Source: a virus
Taxonomy: Duplodnaviria; Caudoviricetes
DNA: 61,323 bases
Virus record (IMG/VR): IMGVR_UViG_3300023174_007841
Span: 1 to 61,323 of that record
Direction: 5' to 3' (one strand)
Shown: piece after piece, positions 1 through 9,135 of the stretch
Layout of the letters: each line of letters begins with the position of its first letter
How positions within the stretch are numbered: the first letter of the stretch is position 1
Translations under genes and position numbers: made by a program
Notes under the pieces: model-generated
What the model saw: the letters and a program-made list of their open reading frames with translations, nothing else
Databases searched by the model: none
What the model was told of the DNA's origin: nothing

Positions 1-352
1 AAAGGTGATTGTATGCTATTGGACATACCTGATGAATTTCATCTTCCATTTCCCAAACCCAGATAAAAAACCTAGGATCCGTGAACAATAGAAGAACATC
101 TGGTCTTTCAGTTGCTAAAACTTGCCTCAACATGTTTCTATCACCAAACCCGTTTGTCGGCTTAATGATGAAATCTTCATTGACAACTAGGGTCCTATAA
201 TCTTCATGCTTTACTGCTCCGCCAAAGCACTTAAACTTCCACTTACCAGTATTGATTAGACCATTAATCAACCATCGAGCCTGTGTTCCAACTCCGCTTG
301 AACTCAATTGATGATCTGACAATAACAAAATTGTTTTTTTATCTGCCACCAC
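1..352 (-). CDS. Glycosyltransferase, GT4-like N-terminal domain (partial, runs off the window edge)
   Basis: Not in the ORF track. My translation from GTG at 352/349 gives (V)ADKKTILLLSDHQLSSSGVGTQARWLINGL...ERPDVLLLFTDPRFFIWVWEMEDEIHQVCPIAYNHL, open to position 1. The 'ILLLSD...SGVG' start and 'ERPDV' are typical of GT-B N-terminal domains. Confidence 0.7.
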   Translation of the reverse strand, partial: MVADKKTILLLSDHQLSSSGVGTQARWLINGLINTGKWKFKCFGGAVKHEDYRTLVVNEDFIIKPTNGFGDRNMLRQVLATERPDVLLLFTDPRFFIWVWEMEDEIHQVCPIAYNHL

Positions 353-408
353 GATATATTACCTACTTTTGAGAAATTGTAATAAAAATGCTTAATTTTA
401 AAAAATTT

Positions 409-1227
409 TCAAGTGCAGTGTTCTGTACCCTTAAACTCACACCAAGTACATGCATCACGATTCTTTAAAGAAATGCCACGTTTCACTGATGTCAACATGT
501 TGCTGACAACTTTTAATGAACGCTTGATGGGAACTTCACCAAGAGATACGGAGAATAGTTCGCAGTGATCTCCCGGCTTGGCTGCTTTCTTTAGAAGAAC
601 AAATCCGCATCGAACATTCTTCATATCGACCTGCGGATTCTTTTGACACCAATAGTTTTTATAGAGTGCAAGCTGGGCTTTCACCATGTCATCTGATCGC
701 TTGTCTCTAAACCATCCCCTCGCGGTGGTTTTCCAATCGAGAATCCAATAGATCGTCTCTCCACGTTTTCCTTTTGCCTTGATCACGCCATCGATGAAAC
801 CTTTAAAAGCATGAGGATGATTTTCTACTGCCTCATAGAGCTGATGTTCTGCATCGACAACTTCCCATTCCTCAAATGTTTCATCAAGAAACCTTGGAAC
901 TTCTGAAAGAATGGCTTCAACTTCCTTCTTAGACTTTTCTAGAGATGCTGGGCTAAAATCTGGATTTTCCGAATGTTTTGCCCAGGCTTTTTCCATGTGC
1001 TCAAAAGCAATTTCAGGCTTCATTTCTCTAGTTAAAAGATAATGCTCGCATGAAGCGTGAACAGCAGTACCGAAATCTAATACTGGCGATGGCTTTGAAA
1101 GATCAATCTTTTTAATGTGAACTAAGTTGTGACGGTAAGAACACTCTTTCCAGAGCTTTACTTCTGAAAATGAAACGTGTTGTTTGCCCGTCGGTAGTAC
1201 CTCATAAGAGGGTGTTACTTCTTGCAT
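409..1227 (-). CDS. Solo Cas4/RecB-like PD-(D/E)XK exonuclease with probable Fe-S cluster
   Basis: SFS..K.W.EC at the N-terminus, FGTAVH, GFIDG, ILDWKT, QLALY, and C-terminal CTWCEFKGTEHC (1+3 Cys arrangement). Confidence 0.85.
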   Translation of the reverse strand: MQEVTPSYEVLPTGKQHVSFSEVKLWKECSYRHNLVHIKKIDLSKPSPVLDFGTAVHASCEHYLLTREMKPEIAFEHMEKAWAKHSENPDFSPASLEKSKKEVEAILSEVPRFLDETFEEWEVVDAEHQLYEAVENHPHAFKGFIDGVIKAKGKRGETIYWILDWKTTARGWFRDKRSDDMVKAQLALYKNYWCQKNPQVDMKNVRCGFVLLKKAAKPGDHCELFSVSLGEVPIKRSLKVVSNMLTSVKRGISLKNRDACTWCEFKGTEHCT

Positions 1228-1251
1228 TTAGGGATAGTAACACCCTCTTAT
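1204..1251. repeat. Perfect 16-bp inverted repeat straddling the start codon of the Cas4-like gene
   Basis: ATAAGAGGGTGTTACT (1204-1219) and AGTAACACCCTCTTAT (1236-1251). The 16-nt spacer contains the start codon (CAT 1225-1227). Confidence 0.9.
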
Positions 1252-1263
1252 TTGTTAGTTCAA
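1228..1263 (-). promoter_or_regulatory. Putative sigma70-like promoter giving a leaderless transcript
   Basis: The minus strand reads TTGAAC-N18-TACTAT-N6-ATG. The same geometry recurs at 24510, 45970 and 48052. Confidence 0.55.
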
Positions 1264-2219
1264 TCCTTCGGTTTCTTTGAGATTGCTCTGCCTATTAGCT
1301 TTTCCCAATCACGCTGAGGACGAACTTCCATGTTTTTTTGCCACGCTCCATTCATAACCTTTGGATCAATTCCTAAAGTTTTTGCAATTGAGATGAGAGC
1401 ATTAATGTCCTTGACAAAACAGCTTCCGCCGAAACCAAATGCGGGTTCACCTGTGTCGTCAGCTGGCATCGGACCGGGGACCTTCCAGTGAGAGTTTCCG
1501 AGTCGCTTATCAAGAGTAGCGTATTCAATCACCTTGTCATAATCAATATTAGCGCCTTGAGAATCGAGCGCTTGACAAACTTGATAGAACTCATTAGCAA
1601 GAGCGACCTTGACGGCGAGATGAATGTTGGTGACATACTTCACCATCTCCGCAGTGGTACTCGACGTTTTTACTATAGGGACGTTAGGAAAAGCAGTTTC
1701 GAATATTTGCTTGACTTTATTAATCCACGGACGAGGTCCACCAAGAATAATTCTATTTTGGTTTCGCATGTCGTCGAGTGCATTAGCTTCTGTCAAAAAT
1801 TCCGGATTGAAGACGACGTGTAAACCTGTTTTAGAAAACTTCTTATTCCACATTTCGACGGATCCCGGTGGCACGGTCGACTTAACAACCGCGATTCTTT
1901 CACCAGGTAAAGTTGCTAATTCTGACAAAGCACCCTCTACGATAGATAGATCGGCGGACCCATCTTCATACATCGGTGTCGGAAGACACACAAAATAAAC
2001 ATTAGAAAATCCAGGTGTTCCACCACCCTCATTATCTTGAATTAATTCTGCAATAGATCCTGGGTAACCTGTGACTGGGTCTCCATGGCTTGATAGAGAT
2101 CCTTTTGCGTACTTTCCAGCCTTATCATAAGCGTAGACGTCGAAGCCTCGCTCGGCGAAAACAGTCGTAAGAGAACCGCCAACGAAACCCTGTCCTAATA
2201 CGGCTATAGATTTTTTCAC
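1260..2219 (-). CDS. UDP-glucose/GDP-mannose 6-dehydrogenase family, short form
   Basis: GQGFVG Rossmann motif, VCLPTP, KSTVPPG, FNPEFL.E, AEMVKY..N, and GFGGSCFVKD with the catalytic Cys. Confidence 0.9.
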   Translation of the reverse strand: MKKSIAVLGQGFVGGSLTTVFAERGFDVYAYDKAGKYAKGSLSSHGDPVTGYPGSIAELIQDNEGGGTPGFSNVYFVCLPTPMYEDGSADLSIVEGALSELATLPGERIAVVKSTVPPGSVEMWNKKFSKTGLHVVFNPEFLTEANALDDMRNQNRIILGGPRPWINKVKQIFETAFPNVPIVKTSSTTAEMVKYVTNIHLAVKVALANEFYQVCQALDSQGANIDYDKVIEYATLDKRLGNSHWKVPGPMPADDTGEPAFGFGGSCFVKDINALISIAKTLGIDPKVMNGAWQKNMEVRPQRDWEKLIGRAISKKPKD

Positions 2220-2992
2220 TTTTTCCTCTTATAGGTTACGATAAAATCTAAGGCTGGCGATACGAATTGTTTCGATAGAAGTTCTGCATTTTCTACGACG
2301 CAATGTCCACCAATACCCCCGGCAGGAGCAGACAACACGGGTCTAACCACATTCGATTTTCCTAACGTCGTATAACCTTCGTTATAAGTTTGGTTATAAG
2401 TCGTCATAACTTGATCAAAGTTAGCTCCGAATTTTTCACATGCTTTTTTAGCTTCACCGTGATAAGCGATGCATATACCATAGTAGCTTGTATCGAGTAA
2501 TTTTGCTAGTTCGGTCGTTTCAGAATTATCGCATAAGATCGTTTTTACGTTGAGAGAATTTAGATGTTCTACCGCAATAGCAGCATCCTCAATCAGGGGC
2601 GCGCCTACGAATTTGGGAAACGTCATTATGCCTTCGTATAGGTTGGGATGAACCCCCCTGCATGGAGAATGAACGATCGCAGTTTGTGGAATTAGTTCTT
2701 TTAATTTTCTAACAGTTCCTACAGCAACTGTTGAATGAATTATTGTTAATTTCGCTTTTGAGCTTAGTATAATATCTTTTACTGTAGTTACAAAATCGAA
2801 AGAATAATTAAAAGGTATCGAAACATTTAATATATCTAAATCAACAAACCCGTCATCTTTATTTAGATCTTTTATAAAGACTTGAAAAGATTTTGAGTTT
2901 GTATTATTGTCATAAAGTTTATGAATAGTTTGTCCTATTTCTCCATATCCTAAAATTCCAATTTTCATTTTATTTACACTCTTTATATTCAA
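2216..2992 (-). CDS. UDP-N-acetylhexosamine dehydrogenase-like (WecC/WbpA-type motif), short form
   Basis: GYGEIG, HSTVAVGT, HSP.RG, TELAKL, GIGGHCV. The start may be the ATG at 2968. Confidence 0.75.
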   Translation of the reverse strand: MNIKSVNKMKIGILGYGEIGQTIHKLYDNNTNSKSFQVFIKDLNKDDGFVDLDILNVSIPFNYSFDFVTTVKDIILSSKAKLTIIHSTVAVGTVRKLKELIPQTAIVHSPCRGVHPNLYEGIMTFPKFVGAPLIEDAAIAVEHLNSLNVKTILCDNSETTELAKLLDTSYYGICIAYHGEAKKACEKFGANFDQVMTTYNQTYNEGYTTLGKSNVVRPVLSAPAGGIGGHCVVENAELLSKQFVSPALDFIVTYKRKK

Positions 2993-2997
2993 CTATT

Positions 2998-3558
2998 TTA
3001 TTTTTTTGATAAAATACATTGATCATACCAAATGTAAAATGGATCAAAAAGCCTTATTTTATTCGTAACATTAAAATGTTCTTCTAACTTTTTCATCGTA
3101 AAATGACGTTGTGATTTTATAGCAGTAAACTTACCATAAGTGGAAATGTCAGGTTCTTTATATAACTTTGGATCCATATCTTCAAACCAAATTAATTGAT
3201 TAGGACCATCTAAGAAATCTTTAAAATCTTTTATTGCATTAGCATGATCGTATATGTAACAAGAACAACGAAGAATAGTAATAATATTGAATCCTTGTTC
3301 TTTTAATCTCCCTCCCCAACCAGTTTGATTTAAGTCAAAGTTGTGAAGATGTTGTTCGTCGCTCGTAATAGTAAAATCGAAATAATGATTTTCAATTTTC
3401 GAATTTATACTAGTTACATGATTTGATATCTGATACGGACGTTGCGCGCCAAACCACGCAATTTTTTTGCAAGTATCCGTAGAACTTATATTTTCTATCA
3501 AGTATGCATCGATATATTTTTTATAATAATAAAAAAGAGTAGAATCTGAAGCGCCCAT
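2998..3558 (-). CDS. Methyltransferase-fold-like hypothetical protein, related to the 7240-7875 product
   Basis: Shares MG.SD, IA[WF][FL]G, H[YF].D, and [FY][ND].I...RC.[CY][YF] with the 7240 ORF. Very AT-rich. Confidence 0.45.
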   Translation of the reverse strand: MGASDSTLFYYYKKYIDAYLIENISSTDTCKKIAWFGAQRPYQISNHVTSINSKIENHYFDFTITSDEQHLHNFDLNQTGWGGRLKEQGFNIITILRCSCYIYDHANAIKDFKDFLDGPNQLIWFEDMDPKLYKEPDISTYGKFTAIKSQRHFTMKKLEEHFNVTNKIRLFDPFYIWYDQCILSKK

Positions 3559-3613
3559 AATCTATATTTCCTTTTTTAATTAACTTTAAACATGAATTTG
3601 TTCATATGCATGC

Positions 3614-4234
3614 TTAAATTTTGCATTCTTGATATTCAGGAGTTTTTGTTTTATTGTTATGATGCATTCTATAACGATAGAATGGAATTTTTAGGTGATG
3701 TATTTGGTAGTATTCGCCTAATCTTTTTCGAAGTTCTTCTTCTTCCCTGTGTCTCATGGAATCGTTATATCCTCCCGACTGCAAGAAAAGATCTTTTCTA
3801 TACATGATGCCGCATGACACAGGCTCTTTTTCTGCATACTTTCTTTCGATGATATTTTCGCGATTATCAACTAGGTGATAATCACAAGATACACAAAACG
3901 CGTCGTGATTAGACTCCAAATAAGTTTTCATGAAATAACACATGTCTGAAGACACGTAATCGTCTGCGTCGACTCGAATGATAAATTGACCCCTAGCGTT
4001 TTTTATCCCCAAATTAGCTGCTACAGCGACGCCTGCGTTTTGGGGTGTCGAAATTACTTTTACGTCGGGTTCAAATATCTTAACCATCTCCAAAGAATTA
4101 TCAGTGGAGCAATCGTCGACGACGATCACTTCATGATTGACGTTTTTTTGATTTAAAACGCTTCTTAAACAGCGTTGAAGATAAGAACCGTAGTTATAGT
4201 TAGTGACGATTATTGAAACATCAGGTGCGTTCAT
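3614..4234 (-). CDS. Glycosyltransferase family 2
   Basis: VSIIVTNYNY, VIVVDDCSTD, N.G.A.A.N.G, RVDADD. Confidence 0.92.
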   Translation of the reverse strand: MNAPDVSIIVTNYNYGSYLQRCLRSVLNQKNVNHEVIVVDDCSTDNSLEMVKIFEPDVKVISTPQNAGVAVAANLGIKNARGQFIIRVDADDYVSSDMCYFMKTYLESNHDAFCVSCDYHLVDNRENIIERKYAEKEPVSCGIMYRKDLFLQSGGYNDSMRHREEEELRKRLGEYYQIHHLKIPFYRYRMHHNNKTKTPEYQECKI

Positions 4235-5006
4235 ATACTCTTTCGACTTTAACTAAGCTTTTGTTGTCGTTATAGAAAGACAAAAAATTAGGATTGATAA
4301 AACATGAGTTATTATAAATAGCTTCAAATTTTTGTTTTGATATTTCCGAATTTTTTTCCATCGATTCTAAAAATTTGATTCTAAGTTCATCGTTATGAAT
4401 AATACTGGTGTGATGAGACTCGTAGACATCATGCGGGTTAATTTCTCTTAGACCATAAAGCTTTAATCTGTGAATGATGTCATCGTCATCACCGCCCCAC
4501 GTCGGATTATTTTCATCGAAACCGCCAACCGCAGCGAAGCTAGATTTGGTGACTATCATATTGCCATAGTTGGTTTTTGGCGTCACTCTTCGAGAACTAC
4601 ACTCTGTCGTCTCTTGAACTCGAGAAGAAAAAAAATATTTGTCGTTGCGAGTCAATAACTGAATCCAGTGTCGATGATAGTCCATTCCCAAGAACACGTC
4701 GGCGTCAGAGAATGAAACAAAGTTTCCACTAGAAAAATGAGAACCTATATTTTTAGCCTTACCACTATTGAACTTAACGTCATCTTCTATGACGATCCTG
4801 TTAATGGCTTTAAGAGAATCCGAAAAAAGATCCAGGTATCTTACCGTTTCTTTTTTTAAAGATTCTCCAAAGTCATCCTGTGAACCGTAGTCGACGAAAT
4901 TAATCTCGTAAGACCAGGGTTGTTGCTGCGTGACTAGAGAAGAAAACGTTTTTAGAAAATGCTCTTTTCTATTTTTTATGGTGACGACTATAGAAAAATC
5001 TATCAT
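4221..5006 (-). CDS. Glycosyltransferase, GT2 N-terminus with GT7-like C-terminal motif
   Basis: FVDYGSQD, FNSGKAKNIG, FSDADV, VGGFDENNPTWGGDDDDIIHRL. Confidence 0.85.
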   Translation of the reverse strand: MIDFSIVVTIKNRKEHFLKTFSSLVTQQQPWSYEINFVDYGSQDDFGESLKKETVRYLDLFSDSLKAINRIVIEDDVKFNSGKAKNIGSHFSSGNFVSFSDADVFLGMDYHRHWIQLLTRNDKYFFSSRVQETTECSSRRVTPKTNYGNMIVTKSSFAAVGGFDENNPTWGGDDDDIIHRLKLYGLREINPHDVYESHHTSIIHNDELRIKFLESMEKNSEISKQKFEAIYNNSCFINPNFLSFYNDNKSLVKVERVYERT

Positions 5007-5692
5007 AGCGAATCACAAAACAATCTTAGATTTCTCAAGTCTTCCATGTCCATACTACAAGAGTGAGCGGCCTCTGTTTTAGATTGCGAATTTTTATTTA
5101 ACGTAAAGTGCTTCTCAATGTACTTCGCTCCTCGGCGCGCTGCTTCTTTCGCCGCATCGATTCCAACTACGTGATCAGAATATCCGGACACTCTATTGTC
5201 AAAAGCTTGCGGTAATACTTGAAGAGCTTCTTCTAACGTGTGTGGATACTTGGGTACACAATGGAAATATTCGACGTTAGTGTGGTCGAAAGGTAAGCCT
5301 AGTTTATTCCACTTGCCTAATGAAAAAAAAGTCTTCATACCAGAATCTAACATCGTCTTACAAAGTTCAGGCTTAAGTTCTATCAACGAGCTGGCTATTT
5401 TGTTGTATCCGAGATTTGCTTCTTGGATCCATTGAAATCTTTCTTCGTCAAACGCTGAGGCAAAAAAATCTATGTTTAACCTATCGCTAAATTCTGCCAG
5501 GCGAAGAAAATCTTCTCGCTTCATTGACAAGTATTCCCACAATTGGCGATCTTGTCCTGGCATTTTATACGTGTCGAAAAGCTGTACTTTGACTGCGTTT
5601 GCGCCCATCATCTTAGATTGTAAGATCATCTGCTCGGCTTTTCTCACCGAACCGCCCCATTGTCCGCATATCTCACTTATGATATATGTCAT
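5003..5692 (-). CDS. neuB: N-acetylneuraminate/nonulosonic acid synthase (no C-terminal SAF domain)
   Basis: IISEI, GANAVKVQ, FFASAFD, KIAS, HCVPKYP, GYSDH, GAKYIEKHFTL. Confidence 0.9.
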   Translation of the reverse strand: MTYIISEICGQWGGSVRKAEQMILQSKMMGANAVKVQLFDTYKMPGQDRQLWEYLSMKREDFLRLAEFSDRLNIDFFASAFDEERFQWIQEANLGYNKIASSLIELKPELCKTMLDSGMKTFFSLGKWNKLGLPFDHTNVEYFHCVPKYPHTLEEALQVLPQAFDNRVSGYSDHVVGIDAAKEAARRGAKYIEKHFTLNKNSQSKTEAAHSCSMDMEDLRNLRLFCDSL

Positions 5693-6255
5693 ATGTTTTT
5701 ACCGTATTTATTTTCTAAAATTTCTACGTCTTCTTTAGTATGGACGTCGTACAACTCGCATATATGAAATCCACAATTAGTAGACAGGTCCTGCTGATAG
5801 ACATAAGGGCCCCTAAATATTCGAAACGCACCGTTTTGCATGTGGTTGTTGTCGACACTAATGATTTCGTTCTTATTATATGATACGAGTTTATCGATTG
5901 CTGCGTCGAGGTGAAAACCTTTTATTTCAGGCGAATTGGGTTGTAGAGAAATATATACGTCACTGGGACCTAACTGGGCGTCTATTGCAGATGCTGCTTC
6001 CCTGATCGCGACCTGTTTAAACGCGAAGTCGTTCGCGGTCGCTTCTCCACGTACGAAGACCCTAGCACCGAAAGATTCGGCTAACGATGCGATATCCTTT
6101 GAATCCGTCGTGACCCACACATCTGGTGCGTACCTGGATTCTTTACACGCCTTAATAGCCCAATAAATCATGGGTGCTCCCCAGATAAGATGGGCATTTT
6201 TGTCCTTCAACCTTTTTGACCCACCACGAGCAGGGATAATCACAACGACCTTCAT
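5689..6255 (-). CDS. neuA: CMP-nonulosonic acid synthetase (acylneuraminate cytidylyltransferase)
   Basis: IIPARGGSKRLKDKN, VTTDS, LQPNSP, NGAF, DVHT.ED. Confidence 0.9.
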   Translation of the reverse strand: MKVVVIIPARGGSKRLKDKNAHLIWGAPMIYWAIKACKESRYAPDVWVTTDSKDIASLAESFGARVFVRGEATANDFAFKQVAIREAASAIDAQLGPSDVYISLQPNSPEIKGFHLDAAIDKLVSYNKNEIISVDNNHMQNGAFRIFRGPYVYQQDLSTNCGFHICELYDVHTKEDVEILENKYGKNI

Positions 6256-7220
6256 ACGATTTTGTCGATTATATCCTTCGAAGAAGTCCTTGTATCGAAC
6301 AATTTGTCGTTGGCATCCGAGAAATCTTTTGAAAAATTTGTCATCGTTAAGCGATTCACAGAATCAGTTAGCTCCTGAAAAGAATAGTTGGTGCTCAAAT
6401 TTTGCACGAACGAAAAGTCATATAGAAAATTAAACGGTTTCGTAAAAGGCTTGACGTGAAAGTTAATAAGAGGAACTTGCAAGGCTGTCGTTTCCTCTAT
6501 TACGCTAGAACTAAAATTGACTATAAACTCGCTGACTTTTATGAGTTCGAGTGACGTGTGAGGATGCCACGAGACATCATCAAAATTGAATTGTGTTATA
6601 TCCAATTCTTGGATGGGATCTTTCCCGCGAGTCTTTAATACGACTTTGTAACCTAATTTTTTTATATCTTCGGCTATTTTTCTGACAGGCGAATTTCCTA
6701 TATCTCTCAATCGGGGATAAAATATAGTGACGTATTTATCATCTACAAGCCCATATTTATTTTTGACGTCTTCAAGATTTATTCGAACATCAAATTTGGG
6801 AGTTCCCAAATATAGGTTTTTGTCTCCTGTTTTTCCATAGTAATTAGCCGTGAACTGGCTGGACATGACGACTCCAGCGACGTCGTCTACATATTTTTCG
6901 TATGAAGCTGTAAAATCCGTCGAGCAACACAGAGAAAAAATTTTAGATTTATCGAGCGACCGTATCTTGGTTCCTTCCACCGTAAATATGATATCGGAAT
7001 TATTGATCAATTTTTCATCGTGATCGAAAAGAGATACGTTGTAAGAGTTACAAATACTCTTTAACACGTGGTGATGATCTTTGGCAAATGGACAATTATA
7101 CTTGTTACTTTTTGAAACAAAAATCGTAGACGATAATCCTCTAAAATTTGCCTCTTCTATCAGCGGAATGTAGTACTTTAGATACGTCATTCCATCCAGG
7201 ATAAAACCTAATTTTTTCAT
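6252..7220 (-). CDS. GT-B-fold protein (TagB/TagF- or sialyltransferase-like), candidate nonulosonate transferase
   Basis: LG.PKFD and VNFSSSVIEE..ALQVPLINF resemble CDP-glycerol transferase/GT-B C-terminal motifs. Coupled directly to neuA. Confidence 0.55.
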   Translation of the reverse strand: MKKLGFILDGMTYLKYYIPLIEEANFRGLSSTIFVSKSNKYNCPFAKDHHHVLKSICNSYNVSLFDHDEKLINNSDIIFTVEGTKIRSLDKSKIFSLCCSTDFTASYEKYVDDVAGVVMSSQFTANYYGKTGDKNLYLGTPKFDVRINLEDVKNKYGLVDDKYVTIFYPRLRDIGNSPVRKIAEDIKKLGYKVVLKTRGKDPIQELDITQFNFDDVSWHPHTSLELIKVSEFIVNFSSSVIEETTALQVPLINFHVKPFTKPFNFLYDFSFVQNLSTNYSFQELTDSVNRLTMTNFSKDFSDANDKLFDTRTSSKDIIDKIV

Positions 7221-7239
7221 TATCGTTTATTCTTATTTT

Positions 7240-7875
7240 CTAATTATCCCTAATTAAAGTAAGAATGTACAGTTGCGGAGCATCGGGCCAAAGAAAAACT
7301 GTTTTGATCTTTTGAGTTTTATAATCTACGATCGCTGGGACTTCTCTCCTCACGACATCCGATATGTCCTCGTTCGTAGTATAACTAAATTTTTGATTAG
7401 ACTTTACGTAATACCAAAATAGTTCGACATTGAGATCATTTTTTAAATCGTCATTCCAATAACAAGAATACAAAAAGTTTTTTGGTGTATAGGCGTACTC
7501 TTGTTCTTCGTCGCGTAACCATCCCACTTTATAATTGTCGAACCGCCAATGGTCGCCTAACCCCCAGTCTATCATCGCGGATCCACCTTCGTTGAGGTGT
7601 TGCTTACACTTTTCTATAAATCGTAAAGGATCATTGGAAAAATATGCACATCTAGTACAAATTATTAGGTCGTAAGTTTGTTTTAACGACCAATCGTCGT
7701 TAATGTTCCAGTTGTCGAGTTGTAAGTCATAAAAATGTCTTGTGGGCGCTTCGACAGTAAGCGTAAAAGAATTCTCTTGATCGAATCCTAAGAATGCTAC
7801 AGAGCCGCATGAATTTATTTCTCCATCAAGAAAACTAGCATATTCTTTGAATATGACAGGGTCAGATCTTCCCAT
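7240..7875 (-). CDS. Class I SAM-dependent methyltransferase-like protein
   Basis: VAFLG, YDLIICTRCAYF, C..HLNEGG..MID. Start placed at ATG 7875 (MGRSDP). Confidence 0.6.
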   Translation of the reverse strand: MGRSDPVIFKEYASFLDGEINSCGSVAFLGFDQENSFTLTVEAPTRHFYDLQLDNWNINDDWSLKQTYDLIICTRCAYFSNDPLRFIEKCKQHLNEGGSAMIDWGLGDHWRFDNYKVGWLRDEEQEYAYTPKNFLYSCYWNDDLKNDLNVELFWYYVKSNQKFSYTTNEDISDVVRREVPAIVDYKTQKIKTVFLWPDAPQLYILTLIRDN

Positions 7876-8665
7876 AAAGCCACCGCTCAACACTGTCTTT
7901 CCAGGTTTTGACTATAAGGTCATTTTTAAAATTTCTAGTTAAAGAACGCCCTATGTGAGTAGAAATAGGTCTACCATTCAAGTGATATTCTTCGCCACGT
8001 TGACTCGTGTCTAGGATTTTTAGCTTGGATGAAGTATCTCGATAACGAGAAGATATTATCTTTAGAACCTCTGTTTGATATCCATTTTTAGAGATAGTTT
8101 CCATAATTTCGCAACCGGTATCTAGCATGATAGATTCCCCAATTTGGGTACCATAATACGAGGCAGTTTCTGGTGTCGTAATTATCTTTTTGAGAGAAGG
8201 CGTAAAGTCTAATTTTAGATTTTTGAAAATCTCTACGTCGAAGGCACAAGTAATGACGTTAGGTTTATTCACCATCTTGCCATCTGAATGATGGTATTCG
8301 CTTCCAATCATTATGGTTTTATCGTTTAGGCTGTTTAGTAATAAAACGTCCCATTCTTTTTCTAGGACTGCTACGTCGGAGTCTAGAAAAATTCCAAACT
8401 TGGAATTCATGCTTCTTAACATGAGATTGAGACAATGAGCGTGACCCAAGCTAGATGTGGCAGATGACAGCTCTTCTACGAAATCAAACTTACTAGTATC
8501 GTGATTTTTTGTTATCTCGTCTTTGTTGACGCCAGGTTTATTGACGCCAATCAAAAAACGATAATTCAATTTTTTAGATATCGTAAACTCTATAGTTTCA
8601 ATTAAAAAATTGGCGAAATATTCGCTGTTAGGTCCACATGGAATTGCTATTTGTAAATCGTGCAT
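7862..8665 (-). CDS. GT-A-fold glycosyltransferase-like protein
   Basis: IAIPC, SLGHAHCLN, and the FLDSDV DxD motif. Start placed at ATG 8665, directly after the upstream stop. Confidence 0.7.
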   Translation of the reverse strand: MHDLQIAIPCGPNSEYFANFLIETIEFTISKKLNYRFLIGVNKPGVNKDEITKNHDTSKFDFVEELSSATSSLGHAHCLNLMLRSMNSKFGIFLDSDVAVLEKEWDVLLLNSLNDKTIMIGSEYHHSDGKMVNKPNVITCAFDVEIFKNLKLDFTPSLKKIITTPETASYYGTQIGESIMLDTGCEIMETISKNGYQTEVLKIISSRYRDTSSKLKILDTSQRGEEYHLNGRPISTHIGRSLTRNFKNDLIVKTWKDSVERWLYGKI

Positions 8666-8666
8666 C

Positions 8667-9125
8667 TTACTCACTCTTCCGAGAGTAAACCATTGTAACG
8701 TATTCTCTATTGTTAACCAGTCGAGGTGCAGAACCAACTTCGATAAATCCTAATTTCTTATAGAGATTATATGCTATCGTATTATCTCGATAGACATCCA
8801 GCCAGATGACTGAATAATCATTTTTGTATAGTTGAATTAGACATTGATAGGCTGCCTTCGCGTACCCTTTACCTCTTTGTAATGGAGAGATATCGCAACC
8901 TATGCAGATAGAATTACCTGTATTGTGACTCGTTCTAATATAACCTACTCTATCCGCCCCCCAGTTGATAATAAACCAGGCTGGCGATTTTTCTTTAAAC
9001 CACTTGGCGGTTTCTTCTAGGGAAATAATTTCAGTATTTTCTAGTTGGCTTCTAGTGGTGAGATCGTTTCGAATATCGTTAATAAACTTTAGATCATCCT
9101 CAGATATGGGTCTAAGACTTATCAC
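8667..9125 (-). CDS. GNAT N-acetyltransferase (PseH/RimL-like)
   Basis: ISLRPISEDDL..I...RN, QRGKGYA, VYRDNTIAYNLYKKLGF. Confidence 0.88.
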   Translation of the reverse strand: MISLRPISEDDLKFINDIRNDLTTRSQLENTEIISLEETAKWFKEKSPAWFIINWGADRVGYIRTSHNTGNSICIGCDISPLQRGKGYAKAAYQCLIQLYKNDYSVIWLDVYRDNTIAYNLYKKLGFIEVGSAPRLVNNREYVTMVYSRKSE

Positions 9126-9135
9126 GACTACTCTC

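Noticed and set aside
409-1227. Cas4-like gene as evidence of a CRISPR-Cas locus
   Set aside because: No repeat-spacer array and no cas1/cas2 or effector genes in the window. Solo Cas4-like nucleases are common in phages.
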